DNA from: Bacillota bacterium | GTDB taxonomy: Bacteria > Bacillota > Limnochordia > Darwinibacteriales > JAAYFS01 | NCBI GenBank assembly: GCA_012728115.1 | Contig: JAAYFS010000036.1 | Span: forward strand, 1,280 to 65,279 | Direction of reading: 5' to 3' | DNA length: 64,000 nt | In this document: piece by piece, positions 8,364 to 17,179 of the stretch | Layout: every line of letters starts with the position of its first letter | How positions within the stretch are numbered: position 1 is the stretch's first letter | The notes under the pieces: model-generated | Told to the model about the DNA's origin: nothing | Databases searched by the model: none | What the model saw: the letters and a program-made list of their open reading frames with translations, nothing else | Program-made: the position numbers and the translations under genes

Positions 8364-9607
8364 AGTTTTTGACTCGGTAAAAGATTTGCATTTTTTAGTT
8401 CGGTTAATACAAACTCAAGGGCGATCTCTACATGCTCTTTACAAATTCCGCCTTGGAGAAAACAGATATATGGCTCACGGATAGGTCCATCAGCACTAAG
8501 TTCGATTGAAGAACCTTGAATAAAGGTTCCGCCAGCCATAACCACACTATCTTGATATCCAGGCATTGCATCAGGAGTCGGTGAGTATTGAAAGTCCACA
8601 GGTGATGCTTTTTGGATACCTTCACAAAATGCCAGCAGGCTTTCCTTACTTCCCATTCTAATAGCTTGGATAATATCGGTGCGAAACTCGTCAGGTTTTG
8701 GTGAGACCTCAAATCCTAATTCCATAAACACTTCTGCCGCCAAAATAGCTCCGAACAAAGCTTCGCTTACGATATGAGGAGCGATAAAGAGTCCTTGCAT
8801 CAGTGGACGAATCAGACCAAAGGTAGGTCCCATCTTATTTCCAAGCCCAGGAGCCGTAAGTGAATCGGCACAAGAATCAACTAGTTCCTCTTTTCCGACG
8901 ACATATCCTCCGCTGGTAGCTAGAGAGCCACCAGGATTCTTAATTAAAGAACCCGCCATTAAATGCGCACCAACCTCAGTTGGCTCAAGAGTTTCAACAA
9001 ATTCACCATAACAGTTGTCCACAAAAATGATGCAGTTAGGATTAATTTTTGCTACTATCTCACATGCCCTTTTAATCGATTCAATATTGATCGATGGTCG
9101 CCAGAGGTAACCACGTGAACGCTGAATCATTACCATTGTGGTCGTGGGCTTAATCGCTTGTTCAATTGCGTGATAGTCAAGCAGTCCATCTTGATCGAGA
9201 GGCACTTCGGAATATTTTATTCCTTTTTTAATCAATGAGCGTTCTGAATCGCCTTTAGTGCCAATGATGTGTTGGAGTGTGTCATAAGGAGAGCCGCTTA
9301 GTGACAAAAGTTCATCCCCTGGTTTAAGTATACTAAGACACAAGTAAATTGCATGAGTTCCTGAAACGATCTGGGGTCTTACCAAAGCCGCTTCAGTCTG
9401 GAAAATATGTGTATAGATTTCTTCTAAAGTTTCTCTGCCAAGATCATGATAGCCATACCCTGTAGAATCCATAAAACAATGCGTACCAGTCCTTGCTTGC
9501 TGAAACGCATTAAGAACTTTTCTTTGATTAAAAAGCTTAACATCTTCATATCTATCAAAAATTGGTTTTACCTTGTCTTTTGCCTTTTTAATTATCGTCT
9601 GAATCAT
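8360..9607 (-). CDS. PLP-dependent Cys/Met-metabolism family protein ('aluminium resistance protein' / YnbB family).
   Basis: 415-aa ORF resembling the YnbB-type methionine gamma-lyase-like family. 4-nt overlap with sigH indicates translational coupling. Confidence 0.6.
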   Translation of the reverse strand: MIQTIIKKAKDKVKPIFDRYEDVKLFNQRKVLNAFQQARTGTHCFMDSTGYGYHDLGRETLEEIYTHIFQTEAALVRPQIVSGTHAIYLCLSILKPGDELLSLSGSPYDTLQHIIGTKGDSERSLIKKGIKYSEVPLDQDGLLDYHAIEQAIKPTTTMVMIQRSRGYLWRPSINIESIKRACEIVAKINPNCIIFVDNCYGEFVETLEPTEVGAHLMAGSLIKNPGGSLATSGGYVVGKEELVDSCADSLTAPGLGNKMGPTFGLIRPLMQGLFIAPHIVSEALFGAILAAEVFMELGFEVSPKPDEFRTDIIQAIRMGSKESLLAFCEGIQKASPVDFQYSPTPDAMPGYQDSVVMAGGTFIQGSSIELSADGPIREPYICFLQGGICKEHVEIALEFVLTELKNANLLPSQKL

Positions 9608-9881
9608 CTTCTAACTCGTTCTCCATTTCTTCTTCTTCTTCGTCCACTCCTGGATCGACAGTATCCATTTTTACTGTAACTAGTCTTCCATTAAGCTTTT
9701 CCAGCGTGGAATCCCTCAGCTGCTTTTCAGAATGAATGTTCAATCTCCACTTCCCATTAGGTAAAGCAACCATTTCCATTTCGCCTGTAACTTTGTGTAC
9801 ATTCCACAGCTTTTTTGCTGTTTCTAACATTTCTTCTTCAGTATCAAATTCCAATCCGAATGATTGAATCAAGTAGATCAC
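9588..9881 (-). CDS. Hypothetical protein with poly-acidic C-terminal tail (EEEEEMENELEDDSDDN).
   Basis: 97-aa ORF overlapping the downstream gene start by 20 nt. No recognised family. Confidence 0.35.
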   Translation of the reverse strand: MIYLIQSFGLEFDTEEEMLETAKKLWNVHKVTGEMEMVALPNGKWRLNIHSEKQLRDSTLEKLNGRLVTVKMDTVDPGVDEEEEEMENELEDDSDDN

Positions 9882-9890
9882 CTCTATAGT

Positions 9891-11039
9891 CTATTTTACC
9901 ATTTTCGGAGACTTTTTCAAAACGATTGCGAGCGTAATCGTCGCTATTAGGATTACCACTACAAAGATAAAAAGTAATCTAAATCCTTGATGGACACCTG
10001 CATAGTCAGCTGTTACTCCAACTAGACCAGGAATGATTGTCCTACCCACCGCTCCAAAAGTCATGGTAATACCTGTTATGGTCCCTGCGAGTGTCGGAAA
10101 TCTAGATGTTCCAACGGAAAGTGTTAATGGTAATAGTGAAGCAAACGCGAAGCCTGTCAAGGCAAACCCGATATATACTAGCACCTGGTTATTACTTAAA
10201 AATGCAACTCCTGAGGTAATTACCGAGAATAACGATACCAGCGCTAATAGTGACTGATAAGGCATTTTTTCGGCGATAAATCCACAAAAAAGGCGTCCTA
10301 ACGCCAGACCAACGCTATATGTCGATAGTAAGGCTGCTGCCCACCATGCGGAGAAACGCAAATAGTCAATTAGATAAGTATTGATCCATCCCATGATCGA
10401 AGTGCTAATCCCAGTGTAGCAAAAAGTTATGGTAGCAAGCATTAAAAACGGCAATCCCAAGATTGCTTTAAGATTTTTTATAGGTGAAACATGCTTATGG
10501 GGAACCTCGGGGAATTTTTGCCTGGCGATTTGAATAAAAACAAAAGCTGAGACTAAGGCAGCAAGACTGAATAGTACCCGCCAAGAAAAATAAGAAAGAA
10601 TTAATTGACCTACTAATGGACCAGTAACTGCCCCTACTCCAAACCAAAAATGAAGTTTATTCATCGCAGTACCTGTATTTTCTGGATTTCCTTGGGCGAC
10701 GAGAGTATTTAAAGAGACATCTACTGCTCCTAAACCAAAACCAATTAAGATCCAGATAAAAAGCGCTACCACATCCATGGTAGCGGAAGCAAACACTAAT
10801 AAACCGACTACCCAAGAGATCGCACCAGCCAAAATTACTTTTCTTGTTCCAATCAAATCTGCCAAAAGTCCACTAAGTAAGACAGCGACAATCATGCCTA
10901 TACCGCGTAGAGAATAAAGCGATCCTGCTTGTGTTTGAGTTAAGGCAAACTCAGTCACTAAATAGGGTAGTGATGGACCAGCTATACTTAGCATTACACC
11001 GAAAAGAAACATTCCGAAGAAAGAATAGAACATTAACAC
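9891..11039 (-). CDS. MFS transporter (12 TM).
   Basis: 382-aa hydrophobic ORF with MFS-like twofold repeat and GxLaDrxGrkk-like loop (LADLIGTRKV). Confidence 0.7.
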   Translation of the reverse strand: MLMFYSFFGMFLFGVMLSIAGPSLPYLVTEFALTQTQAGSLYSLRGIGMIVAVLLSGLLADLIGTRKVILAGAISWVVGLLVFASATMDVVALFIWILIGFGLGAVDVSLNTLVAQGNPENTGTAMNKLHFWFGVGAVTGPLVGQLILSYFSWRVLFSLAALVSAFVFIQIARQKFPEVPHKHVSPIKNLKAILGLPFLMLATITFCYTGISTSIMGWINTYLIDYLRFSAWWAAALLSTYSVGLALGRLFCGFIAEKMPYQSLLALVSLFSVITSGVAFLSNNQVLVYIGFALTGFAFASLLPLTLSVGTSRFPTLAGTITGITMTFGAVGRTIIPGLVGVTADYAGVHQGFRLLFIFVVVILIATITLAIVLKKSPKMVK

Positions 11040-11095
11040 TGCTAAAACGTCTCCTCTGCTATTACAATCGAGGAGATATTCGCTTAAATGCCGTT

Positions 11096-11320
11096 TTATT
11101 CCTGCTTAGAACTAGTAAAATCGATTTCTTCAAGTTTTGAGCCGCAAATTTGACATCGACCGCTATAGAACGATCGTTCTCGTTGGCGAAGCGTATTCGT
11201 TGCTTCGCCAGAGGCATATCCTTGACGAAAACCAATTCGTCTGCCAAAAAAATAAGAAAGAAAAATGCTAACAAGGAAAACCAAGAAAAGAATTTCAGTC
11301 ATGTTTAAATCCCCCATCAA
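11096..11320 (-). CDS. Small membrane-anchored protein with C-terminal CxxC motif.
   Basis: 74 aa, with one N-terminal TM helix and a C-terminal CQICGSKLEE. Overlaps the upstream gene by 26 nt. Confidence 0.35.
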   Translation of the reverse strand: MMGDLNMTEILFLVFLVSIFLSYFFGRRIGFRQGYASGEATNTLRQRERSFYSGRCQICGSKLEEIDFTSSKQE

Positions 11321-11864
11321 ATACTTCCTCCCTTTTTATTTTAGGAAAGATTATTTCACTAATAATTAAACTGCTAACGAGAGATACGACAGAGAGAATG
11401 GGTAGGGATTTTGTTGCGCAGAAAGTAAACAATAAGAATAAGAGGATACATTCACTAATTCCAATTTTGTTAGCAACATTCCGAAAGCCCCTTTGCTCAT
11501 CTTCCGTGACATCGATTATGTCATCAAGCAATTGAATCGAAAAAATGATCAATACAGCCCAAATAGTTTGGGTAATAGAGGTAAGGAGTATTGAAGCGAT
11601 TAAGGCAAGGATAGTCTCTACCCAGCTAGGTAAGCCCGTAGGAAGAATAGTAAATGGTTCGAAAAACATTCCAACAGCATAACTAGCTAAAAACAAAGAA
11701 ATGGCAAGATTAAAATTAAGTAATAATGCCCCAGTAAATAAAAGGATGATGTACGGAAAAAAACGACGTGATATATCAGAATCATCATCTATCGCATCAT
11801 CCATAGTTTTAATCACTAAGCCTATCAGGAGGATCGAAATGATACTAGAGATGTTTCCTAACAA
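11295..11864 (-). CDS. Integral membrane protein, unknown function.
   Basis: 189 aa, 5-6 predicted TM segments, acidic loops (DDAIDDDSD, DDIIDVTEDE). Overlaps the GTPase gene by 20 nt. Confidence 0.45.
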   Translation of the reverse strand: MLGNISSIISILLIGLVIKTMDDAIDDDSDISRRFFPYIILLFTGALLLNFNLAISLFLASYAVGMFFEPFTILPTGLPSWVETILALIASILLTSITQTIWAVLIIFSIQLLDDIIDVTEDEQRGFRNVANKIGISECILLFLLFTFCATKSLPILSVVSLVSSLIISEIIFPKIKREEVFDGGFKHD

Positions 11865-12450
11865 AAGATTTAACCTCCTTAAAACCAGTTTTGTAGAGGG
11901 CAGAAATCGGAATCACAACATGCCCAGGGAAGCTGTCCTGCAGTTTGCGCAAACCATCCTTGGCGAGCGGAAGATCCATTTTGTTGGCGAGAACTAAGTA
12001 ACCAGCGCGCATTTGACCAAATTGCGCTACTTGGTAGTCGACATCACTTACCGCAGATAAAAGGTCCCTTTTTCCAATCTCTGCAGCATCAAAGAGATGG
12101 AAAATTAAATCAGCCTCTCTCACCGCTGTTAGCGTTTGCCCCATCGCCTTTCTTACTTGTTCATCCTGGTGGATTCCATTAGTTAATCCCGCAGTGTCTA
12201 ATAATTCAAAGGCTTTTCTACCTTTTCCCCATGGCATGGACAGAACAATGGAGTGTAAGGCTCTGGTAAAATGAGGTTTGGGGCTGACAAGGAATTCAAT
12301 AGCTTGGCTAATCGTGTACGTACGAGTGTATTCACCTCTATGATCAATAAACTTAAAAGTCAACGATTCAATTCCAAGATAATGTGCAAAATTAATAGTA
12401 AAAAGTGTTTTGCCTACATTTGTTTGCCCCAAGACTATGATGGATCTCAT
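11845..12450 (-). CDS. Small GTP-binding protein (bare Era/HflX-like G domain).
   Basis: 201 aa with G1 GQTNVGKT, G3 DTAGL, G4 NKMD, G5 SAL. It has no HflX N-domain or KH domain. Overlaps the spoVK stop by 4 nt. Confidence 0.6.
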   Translation of the reverse strand: MRSIIVLGQTNVGKTLFTINFAHYLGIESLTFKFIDHRGEYTRTYTISQAIEFLVSPKPHFTRALHSIVLSMPWGKGRKAFELLDTAGLTNGIHQDEQVRKAMGQTLTAVREADLIFHLFDAAEIGKRDLLSAVSDVDYQVAQFGQMRAGYLVLANKMDLPLAKDGLRKLQDSFPGHVVIPISALYKTGFKEVKSFVRKHL

Positions 12451-13496
12451 TCATTGAGCACCTCCAGAATATCGTCTGCGACGATTTCTATAAGGTCATT
12501 ACGGGTAATTTGCCCTTTGGATACCAATCTTACAGCCTGCCTGCGAACAGCTTTCTCAATAATATTGCGAACCACTCGCGCGTTGCCAAAGTTTTCTTCA
12601 TTCACCGCGACTAACTTTTCAATCAAGATGTATAGTTTCGCTTTGGCTTCCTTATTCAATTTATACTGTCTTTGCTCTAACATATTCTCAGCAATTTTAA
12701 ATAGCTCAAAAGTAGAATAGTTGGGGAAATCAATGATGATCGGAAAACGAGACTTTAAACCAGGGTTGGTTTGAAGAAAATCTTCCATCGGTTGGGAGTA
12801 ACCCGCGAGAATTACGATAATATCGGAACGATGATCTTCCATTGCCTTAACTAAAGTATCGATTGCTTCTTTTCCGAAATCTTTTTCACCACCCCGTGCT
12901 AGAGAGTATGCTTCATCCACAAACAGTATTCCACCCATAGCCTTTTTAATATTTGCTCGGGTTTTTTGAGCAGTCTGTCCAATATATTCAGCCACTAGGT
13001 CTGCTCGTTCAACTTCGAGAAGATGTCCCTTAGTGAGCACCCCCATGTGTTTAAACATCTTTCCAATAATTCTAGCGACGGTTGTCTTTCCAGTACCTGG
13101 ATTACCTTTAAATATCATATGTAACACTACTGGTTCAGAGACTAAATTATACAAGCTCCGTTTTTGTTGGATTTGGACAAAGGCTTGGATTTCTTTTATC
13201 AGTGCTTTAACTGAATCTAAACCGATCAGGCTATCCAGCTCGGCAATAACATCATTGATACTTTCTTCCGCTGGAGTGTGCTCGATCACAACTGGATTTA
13301 TCCTGGGTTTGGCTGGCGGTTTTTCCTTAGTTACGCTTTGGTGTGTTGGGGTAATACTATGAGGTTTTCCCCTAAACATAAGCAAGGCATCGCTAACCGA
13401 AATTTTACCCTGCTCTACAAGCGTAATGATTTCATCGCTCTTAATGGGTTCTGGTTTGTTGATCATCCTATCAACTCCTCTAATCGACCTCAACAT
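12447..13496 (-). CDS. spoVK: Stage V sporulation protein K (SpoVK/CbbX-type AAA+ ATPase).
   Basis: Walker A GNPGTGKTTVARIIG, Walker B ILFVDEAYSL, and the SpoVK-typical LAGY...FLQTNPGLKSRF segment. Confidence 0.8.
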   Translation of the reverse strand: MLRSIRGVDRMINKPEPIKSDEIITLVEQGKISVSDALLMFRGKPHSITPTHQSVTKEKPPAKPRINPVVIEHTPAEESINDVIAELDSLIGLDSVKALIKEIQAFVQIQQKRSLYNLVSEPVVLHMIFKGNPGTGKTTVARIIGKMFKHMGVLTKGHLLEVERADLVAEYIGQTAQKTRANIKKAMGGILFVDEAYSLARGGEKDFGKEAIDTLVKAMEDHRSDIIVILAGYSQPMEDFLQTNPGLKSRFPIIIDFPNYSTFELFKIAENMLEQRQYKLNKEAKAKLYILIEKLVAVNEENFGNARVVRNIIEKAVRRQAVRLVSKGQITRNDLIEIVADDILEVLNE

Positions 13497-13528
13497 CCTC
13501 CATTATCTATCCTCTATTTATACGCAAG

Positions 13529-13569
13529 AACCCAGGAAATAGTTACTCTTTCAAGTAATTTCCTGGGTT
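13529..13569. terminator. Hairpin terminator downstream of proA.
   Basis: 12-bp perfect stem AACCCAGGAAAT / ATTTCCTGGGTT with a 17-nt loop. T-run weak. Confidence 0.4.
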
Positions 13570-13609
13570 ATCTTAAGTAATTATTAATTGTATCTAATTT
13601 GGCATTGTC

Positions 13610-14848
13610 CTATCTACGAACGCTGTTATCACCATAAATAACAAACTTGGTAGATGTTAATGCTGTTAGACCCATAGGACCTCGAGCATGGAGTTTTTGA
13701 GTACTGATACCGATCTCTGCACCCATGCCAAACTCCGACCCATCGGTAAATCTGGTTGAAGCATTGACATAAACAGCCGCCGAATCAATCTCTTTAACGA
13801 AGCGGCGAGCATTATTTAGATCGTTCGTAAGAATTGCCTCTGAATGGTTAGTACTATATTTTTCGATATGCGCAATGGCTTCTTGAAGCGATGAAACGAT
13901 TTTAATAGCTAGGATGAGGTCTAAGTATTCGGTTTCCCAATCGTCTTCGGTAGCTTCTGCAACGTCGATTATCTTTCTGACCTTTTCACATCCTCTTAGT
14001 TCGACCCGTTCTTCTAATCTTTTCTTAAGATCTGGTAACAACTGAGAAGCTATATCTTCATGAACCAAGACTGTTTCCACCGCGTTACAAACCCCTGGTC
14101 GCTGCAATTTTGCGTTTTCAATTATTTTTATGGCTTCATTCAAGTCTACTGGATAATCGACATAGATATGGCAGTTTCCCGCCCCAGTTTCAATCACAGG
14201 TACAGTAGCATTTTCTATTACGCTCTTTATTAGACCCGTTCCGCCACGGGGGATCAATACATCAATTAAGCCGTTTAGTCTCATCATTTGTTGAACCTGG
14301 CACCTATCTGTGTCCTCTATTAATTGAACTACATCAAAAGGTAAGTTCAATTTTTGGAGAGCATCGCGTAAGAGTCTTGCAATCATTTTATTTGAATGAA
14401 TGGCTTCGCTGCCACCTCTTAGCACTACCGCGTTTCCACTTTTTAAACATAATGCAGCAGCATCTGCTGTTACATTTGGTCTTGCTTCATAAATAATTCC
14501 TACAACACCGAGAGGAACTCGAACTTGATAAATCTGTAGACCTTGATTCGTAACCTTCCCATGAATTGTTTCACCGAGTGGACTTGGAAGCGAGGATATT
14601 TCTCGAATTCCTTGTGCCATGCTAGCAATTCTTTCTTTAGTAAGCGTTAATCGATCTAACATTGCGCCAGAAATTCCTTTTTCTTTTGCCTTTTCGATAT
14701 CTTTTTGGTTTGCTTCGATTATCTTTAAACTGTTCTCTTCTATATTATCTGCCATTGTAATAAGTGCGTGATCTCTTTCCGAGTTCGATAATTTGACCCA
14801 CTCTTTACATGCTATTTTCGCAAGTTGAGCCTTTTTGATTACTTCCAT
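13610..14848 (-). CDS. proA: Gamma-glutamyl phosphate reductase.
   Basis: 412 aa, aldehyde-dehydrogenase fold with ProA motifs (VIYGDNSVRR C-term, catalytic Cys region GAGNCHIYVD). Confidence 0.9.
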   Translation of the reverse strand: MEVIKKAQLAKIACKEWVKLSNSERDHALITMADNIEENSLKIIEANQKDIEKAKEKGISGAMLDRLTLTKERIASMAQGIREISSLPSPLGETIHGKVTNQGLQIYQVRVPLGVVGIIYEARPNVTADAAALCLKSGNAVVLRGGSEAIHSNKMIARLLRDALQKLNLPFDVVQLIEDTDRCQVQQMMRLNGLIDVLIPRGGTGLIKSVIENATVPVIETGAGNCHIYVDYPVDLNEAIKIIENAKLQRPGVCNAVETVLVHEDIASQLLPDLKKRLEERVELRGCEKVRKIIDVAEATEDDWETEYLDLILAIKIVSSLQEAIAHIEKYSTNHSEAILTNDLNNARRFVKEIDSAAVYVNASTRFTDGSEFGMGAEIGISTQKLHARGPMGLTALTSTKFVIYGDNSVRR

Positions 14849-15975
14849 TCTGCCCTCCCCTTTCTAGAAACCACCTTGGTAATAACCAAATTATTGCGAT
14901 GAACAACCTCTTGGAAAGAAAAGGTTCCTTCAAGTCTTTCGATTTCTTCCGAACACTTACCCATTATTCGATCTAGTTCATTGTTTGAATAGTTACATAA
15001 GCCTTTTGCTATCTCAACTGTCTCGCTATTAATTATCTGAACAAGATCTCCAGATTGGAATTCGCCAGAATAGGAAACCACCCCGATTGGGAGCAAACTC
15101 TTTCCATTATAAAGCGCTTCTTCCGCCCCACGATCGATGATGATTTGTCCTCTAGGATGAGATATTGATGCTAACCATCGCTTTCTACTAGGTAGCTTAA
15201 CTGGTTTGGCTAAAAACTTCGTACCGATTGATTCCCCATTTACAGTTTGAGTAATTGCAAAATCTTTCGCACCATTAGTAATTACGACAGGAATACCAGC
15301 ATTAGTTGCTATTTGTGCCGCTTGAAACTTGGTAGCCATTCCGCCAGTTCCTAGAGTGCCCTTTCCTCCTGCCATTGCTTCGATTTCTGGTGTGATTTCT
15401 TCGATAATTGGAATTAGTTGCGCTTTCGAATTGTGGCGAGGATCTTCCGTATATACTCCATCGATGTCCGAGAGAATTATTAATAAATCAGCACTGATCA
15501 ACGTTGCCACTAATGCAGATAAAGTATCATTGTCTCCGACAGCGATCTCGTCGAAACTAACTGAATCATTTTCATTAATGATCGGGATAATGCCGTTTTG
15601 AAGCAAAACCTCCAAGGTATTACGACTATTGAGGTATCGGTTTCGTTGCTCAAGATCTTCCGCTGTAATAAGAACTTGCCCACAAACATGGGAATACTCT
15701 GCAAAAAGCCGGGAGTATGTTTGCATCAGAATGCCTTGCCCCACAGCTGCGGCAGCTTGTTTTTCTTCAATACGTTTTGGTCTGTGAGTTAAACCCATTG
15801 GCCCTAATCCCGCTCCTACTGCCCCAGAAGACACGATCGCAACTTCAATCCCACTATTGACTAAATCCGCAACTTCACGAACTAACTTTTCAATTTGTCC
15901 AAGTTTCAACCTCCCGTTATCATAGGTTAAAGAACTAGTGCCTACCTTTACCACAATCCGTTTTTTGTCCATCAT
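14839..15975 (-). CDS. proB: Glutamate 5-kinase with C-terminal PUA domain.
   Basis: 378 aa. N-terminal RIVVKVGTSSLT amino-acid-kinase motif. PUA domain at the C-terminus. Overlaps proA by 10 nt. Confidence 0.9.
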   Translation of the reverse strand: MMDKKRIVVKVGTSSLTYDNGRLKLGQIEKLVREVADLVNSGIEVAIVSSGAVGAGLGPMGLTHRPKRIEEKQAAAAVGQGILMQTYSRLFAEYSHVCGQVLITAEDLEQRNRYLNSRNTLEVLLQNGIIPIINENDSVSFDEIAVGDNDTLSALVATLISADLLIILSDIDGVYTEDPRHNSKAQLIPIIEEITPEIEAMAGGKGTLGTGGMATKFQAAQIATNAGIPVVITNGAKDFAITQTVNGESIGTKFLAKPVKLPSRKRWLASISHPRGQIIIDRGAEEALYNGKSLLPIGVVSYSGEFQSGDLVQIINSETVEIAKGLCNYSNNELDRIMGKCSEEIERLEGTFSFQEVVHRNNLVITKVVSRKGRAEWK

Positions 15976-16035
15976 TATCAGCTTCTTTCCTGTGAATCTT
16001 ATTACACATTATAGCATGATTACTAGGTTTAGGAA

Positions 16036-16069
16036 GTAAAAAAGCACCAACCGTTAACGGTTAGTGCTT
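16036..16069 (-). terminator. Intrinsic terminator downstream of the HEPN gene (also works on + strand).
   Basis: AAGCACCAACCGTTAACGGTTAGTGCTT 12-bp stem (1 mismatch). The A6 run on + strand corresponds to a T6 run following the stem on - strand. Confidence 0.6.
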
Positions 16070-16073
16070 TTTC

Positions 16074-16469
16074 TTAGTTAGTTTTAATTTTGGTTAAGGA
16101 TTCAATAAATTCTTTGATAATCTCTGCGTCTTCAATCGCTTCTGCTACATCTCTTTCTTCAAGATCAACATGAAAAGGATATCTTACATTTACCCCGTAG
16201 TCTGTCAAGTTAATACATTCGTCCATTATCTCGATGAAGGACGAATTGTAGCGTTGACAATCGCGGTTTAGCACCACTAGATCGTGGGTTTTTCTTATTC
16301 GTGCACCACTAAAGGCAATAAACCCTTTAAGATATTTTTCGGCGGATTGTTGGCAGTGATAAGCAATGATTTCTAGCGGTTTGGGTTTCATTCTCTGTAA
16401 GTAAACTGCCGATTGTAAATCTAAATCAGCTAAGGTAAACCACTCTTTTGCAACCGCTATATTATCCAT
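16074..16469 (-). CDS. hepT: HEPN-domain toxin (HepT-like) of a HEPN/MNT type VII toxin-antitoxin pair.
   Basis: 131-aa ORF with HEPN-like core (AEKYLKGFIAF ... R-x4-6-H region). Overlaps upstream nucleotidyltransferase gene by 8 nt. Confidence 0.65.
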   Translation of the reverse strand: MDNIAVAKEWFTLADLDLQSAVYLQRMKPKPLEIIAYHCQQSAEKYLKGFIAFSGARIRKTHDLVVLNRDCQRYNSSFIEIMDECINLTDYGVNVRYPFHVDLEERDVAEAIEDAEIIKEFIESLTKIKTN

Positions 16470-16788
16470 AGACTTTCACTCCCTCCCTCTTGATCTTGTA
16501 TTCAAGCGTAGTTTTGATGCTTGCTCGCTCTATAAATTCTTCCTTGGTATAAACCAATAGGTCGACTGGATACAGAGATATTGGGGCAATTGCTTTTCTG
16601 GCACGTTTAATAAGCTCTAGGGCTTGGTTGCCGTTAGTCGTGGTTAGTATGCAAAGATCAATATCGCTATCTTCATTCGGAGAACCATAGGCGTATGAAC
16701 CAAATAAAAAGATCTCTTCGACGGGAATTACTTCGACAATTTTCTCAACTAAAGATTTTACATATTGTTCTAATTCGGGAGTCACCAA
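16462..16788 (-). CDS. mntA: Minimal nucleotidyltransferase antitoxin (MntA-like).
   Basis: 108 aa. GSYAYGSPNEDSDIDLCIL is the Pol-beta-type NTase GS...D.D motif. Confidence 0.75.
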   Translation of the reverse strand: MVTPELEQYVKSLVEKIVEVIPVEEIFLFGSYAYGSPNEDSDIDLCILTTTNGNQALELIKRARKAIAPISLYPVDLLVYTKEEFIERASIKTTLEYKIKREGVKVYG

Positions 16789-16894
16789 AACCAGCTCCTC
16801 ATTTTCGTTAACTTTAGTGTCTACTTCTATTATACAGGATTAATGGTAACCCTCCAAATCTTTCTTAAATAGCGTAATAATTCTCTTGATTTTG

Positions 16895-16924
16895 TTGACA
16901 AAATTAACCGATTAGGTTTATAAT
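16895..16924 (+). promoter_or_regulatory. Near-consensus sigma-A promoter driving the aroF leader.
   Basis: TTGACA (16895-16900) - 18 nt - TATAAT (16919-16924). Confidence 0.6.
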
Positions 16925-16954
16925 ATCTGAAAACACATAAAGGTCTGAGGTCAA

Positions 16955-17104
16955 ATGATAGAGATTTGGAATGGAGTTTTAAGCAGGGTTTTCAATTTCG
17001 TTTTTGCTTTTTGGAGCTGGGGCTACTTTTATTGCGCTGGCTATTTTAACTTTATCAAAAACGAATTGAAAAGCACGCCTAATCTAAATCTCTATTCTGT
17101 ATGA
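16955..17104 (+). CDS. Candidate 49-codon aromatic-rich leader peptide (attenuation leader for aroF-pheA).
   Basis: ATG at 16955 after AGGTCTGAGG. Translation MIEIWNGVLSRVFNFVFAFWSWGYFYCAGYFNFIKNELKSTPNLNLYSV* has 14 of 49 residues as Trp/Phe/Tyr. Stop at 17102-17104, 30 nt before an intrinsic terminator. Confidence 0.45.
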   Translation: MIEIWNGVLSRVFNFVFAFWSWGYFYCAGYFNFIKNELKSTPNLNLYSV

Positions 17105-17133
17105 AAGTTTCAAGTGACATAGGTTAAGAGTAT

Positions 17134-17159
17134 AGAGGCTTAGAAAGCCTCTTTTTTTA
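17134..17159 (+). terminator. Intrinsic terminator (attenuator) immediately upstream of the aroF RBS.
   Basis: AGAGGCT-TAGAA-AGCCTCT followed by T7. Ends 5 nt before the AAAGGAGGA RBS of aroF. Confidence 0.6.
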
Positions 17160-17179
17160 TCATAAAGGAGGAATTGCGC

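Noticed and set aside
15976-16073. T-box or proline-responsive leader upstream of proBA.
   Set aside because: Only ~65 nt separate proB from the upstream terminator. No specifier loop or T-box (AATTAGGGTGGNACCGCG) sequence is present.
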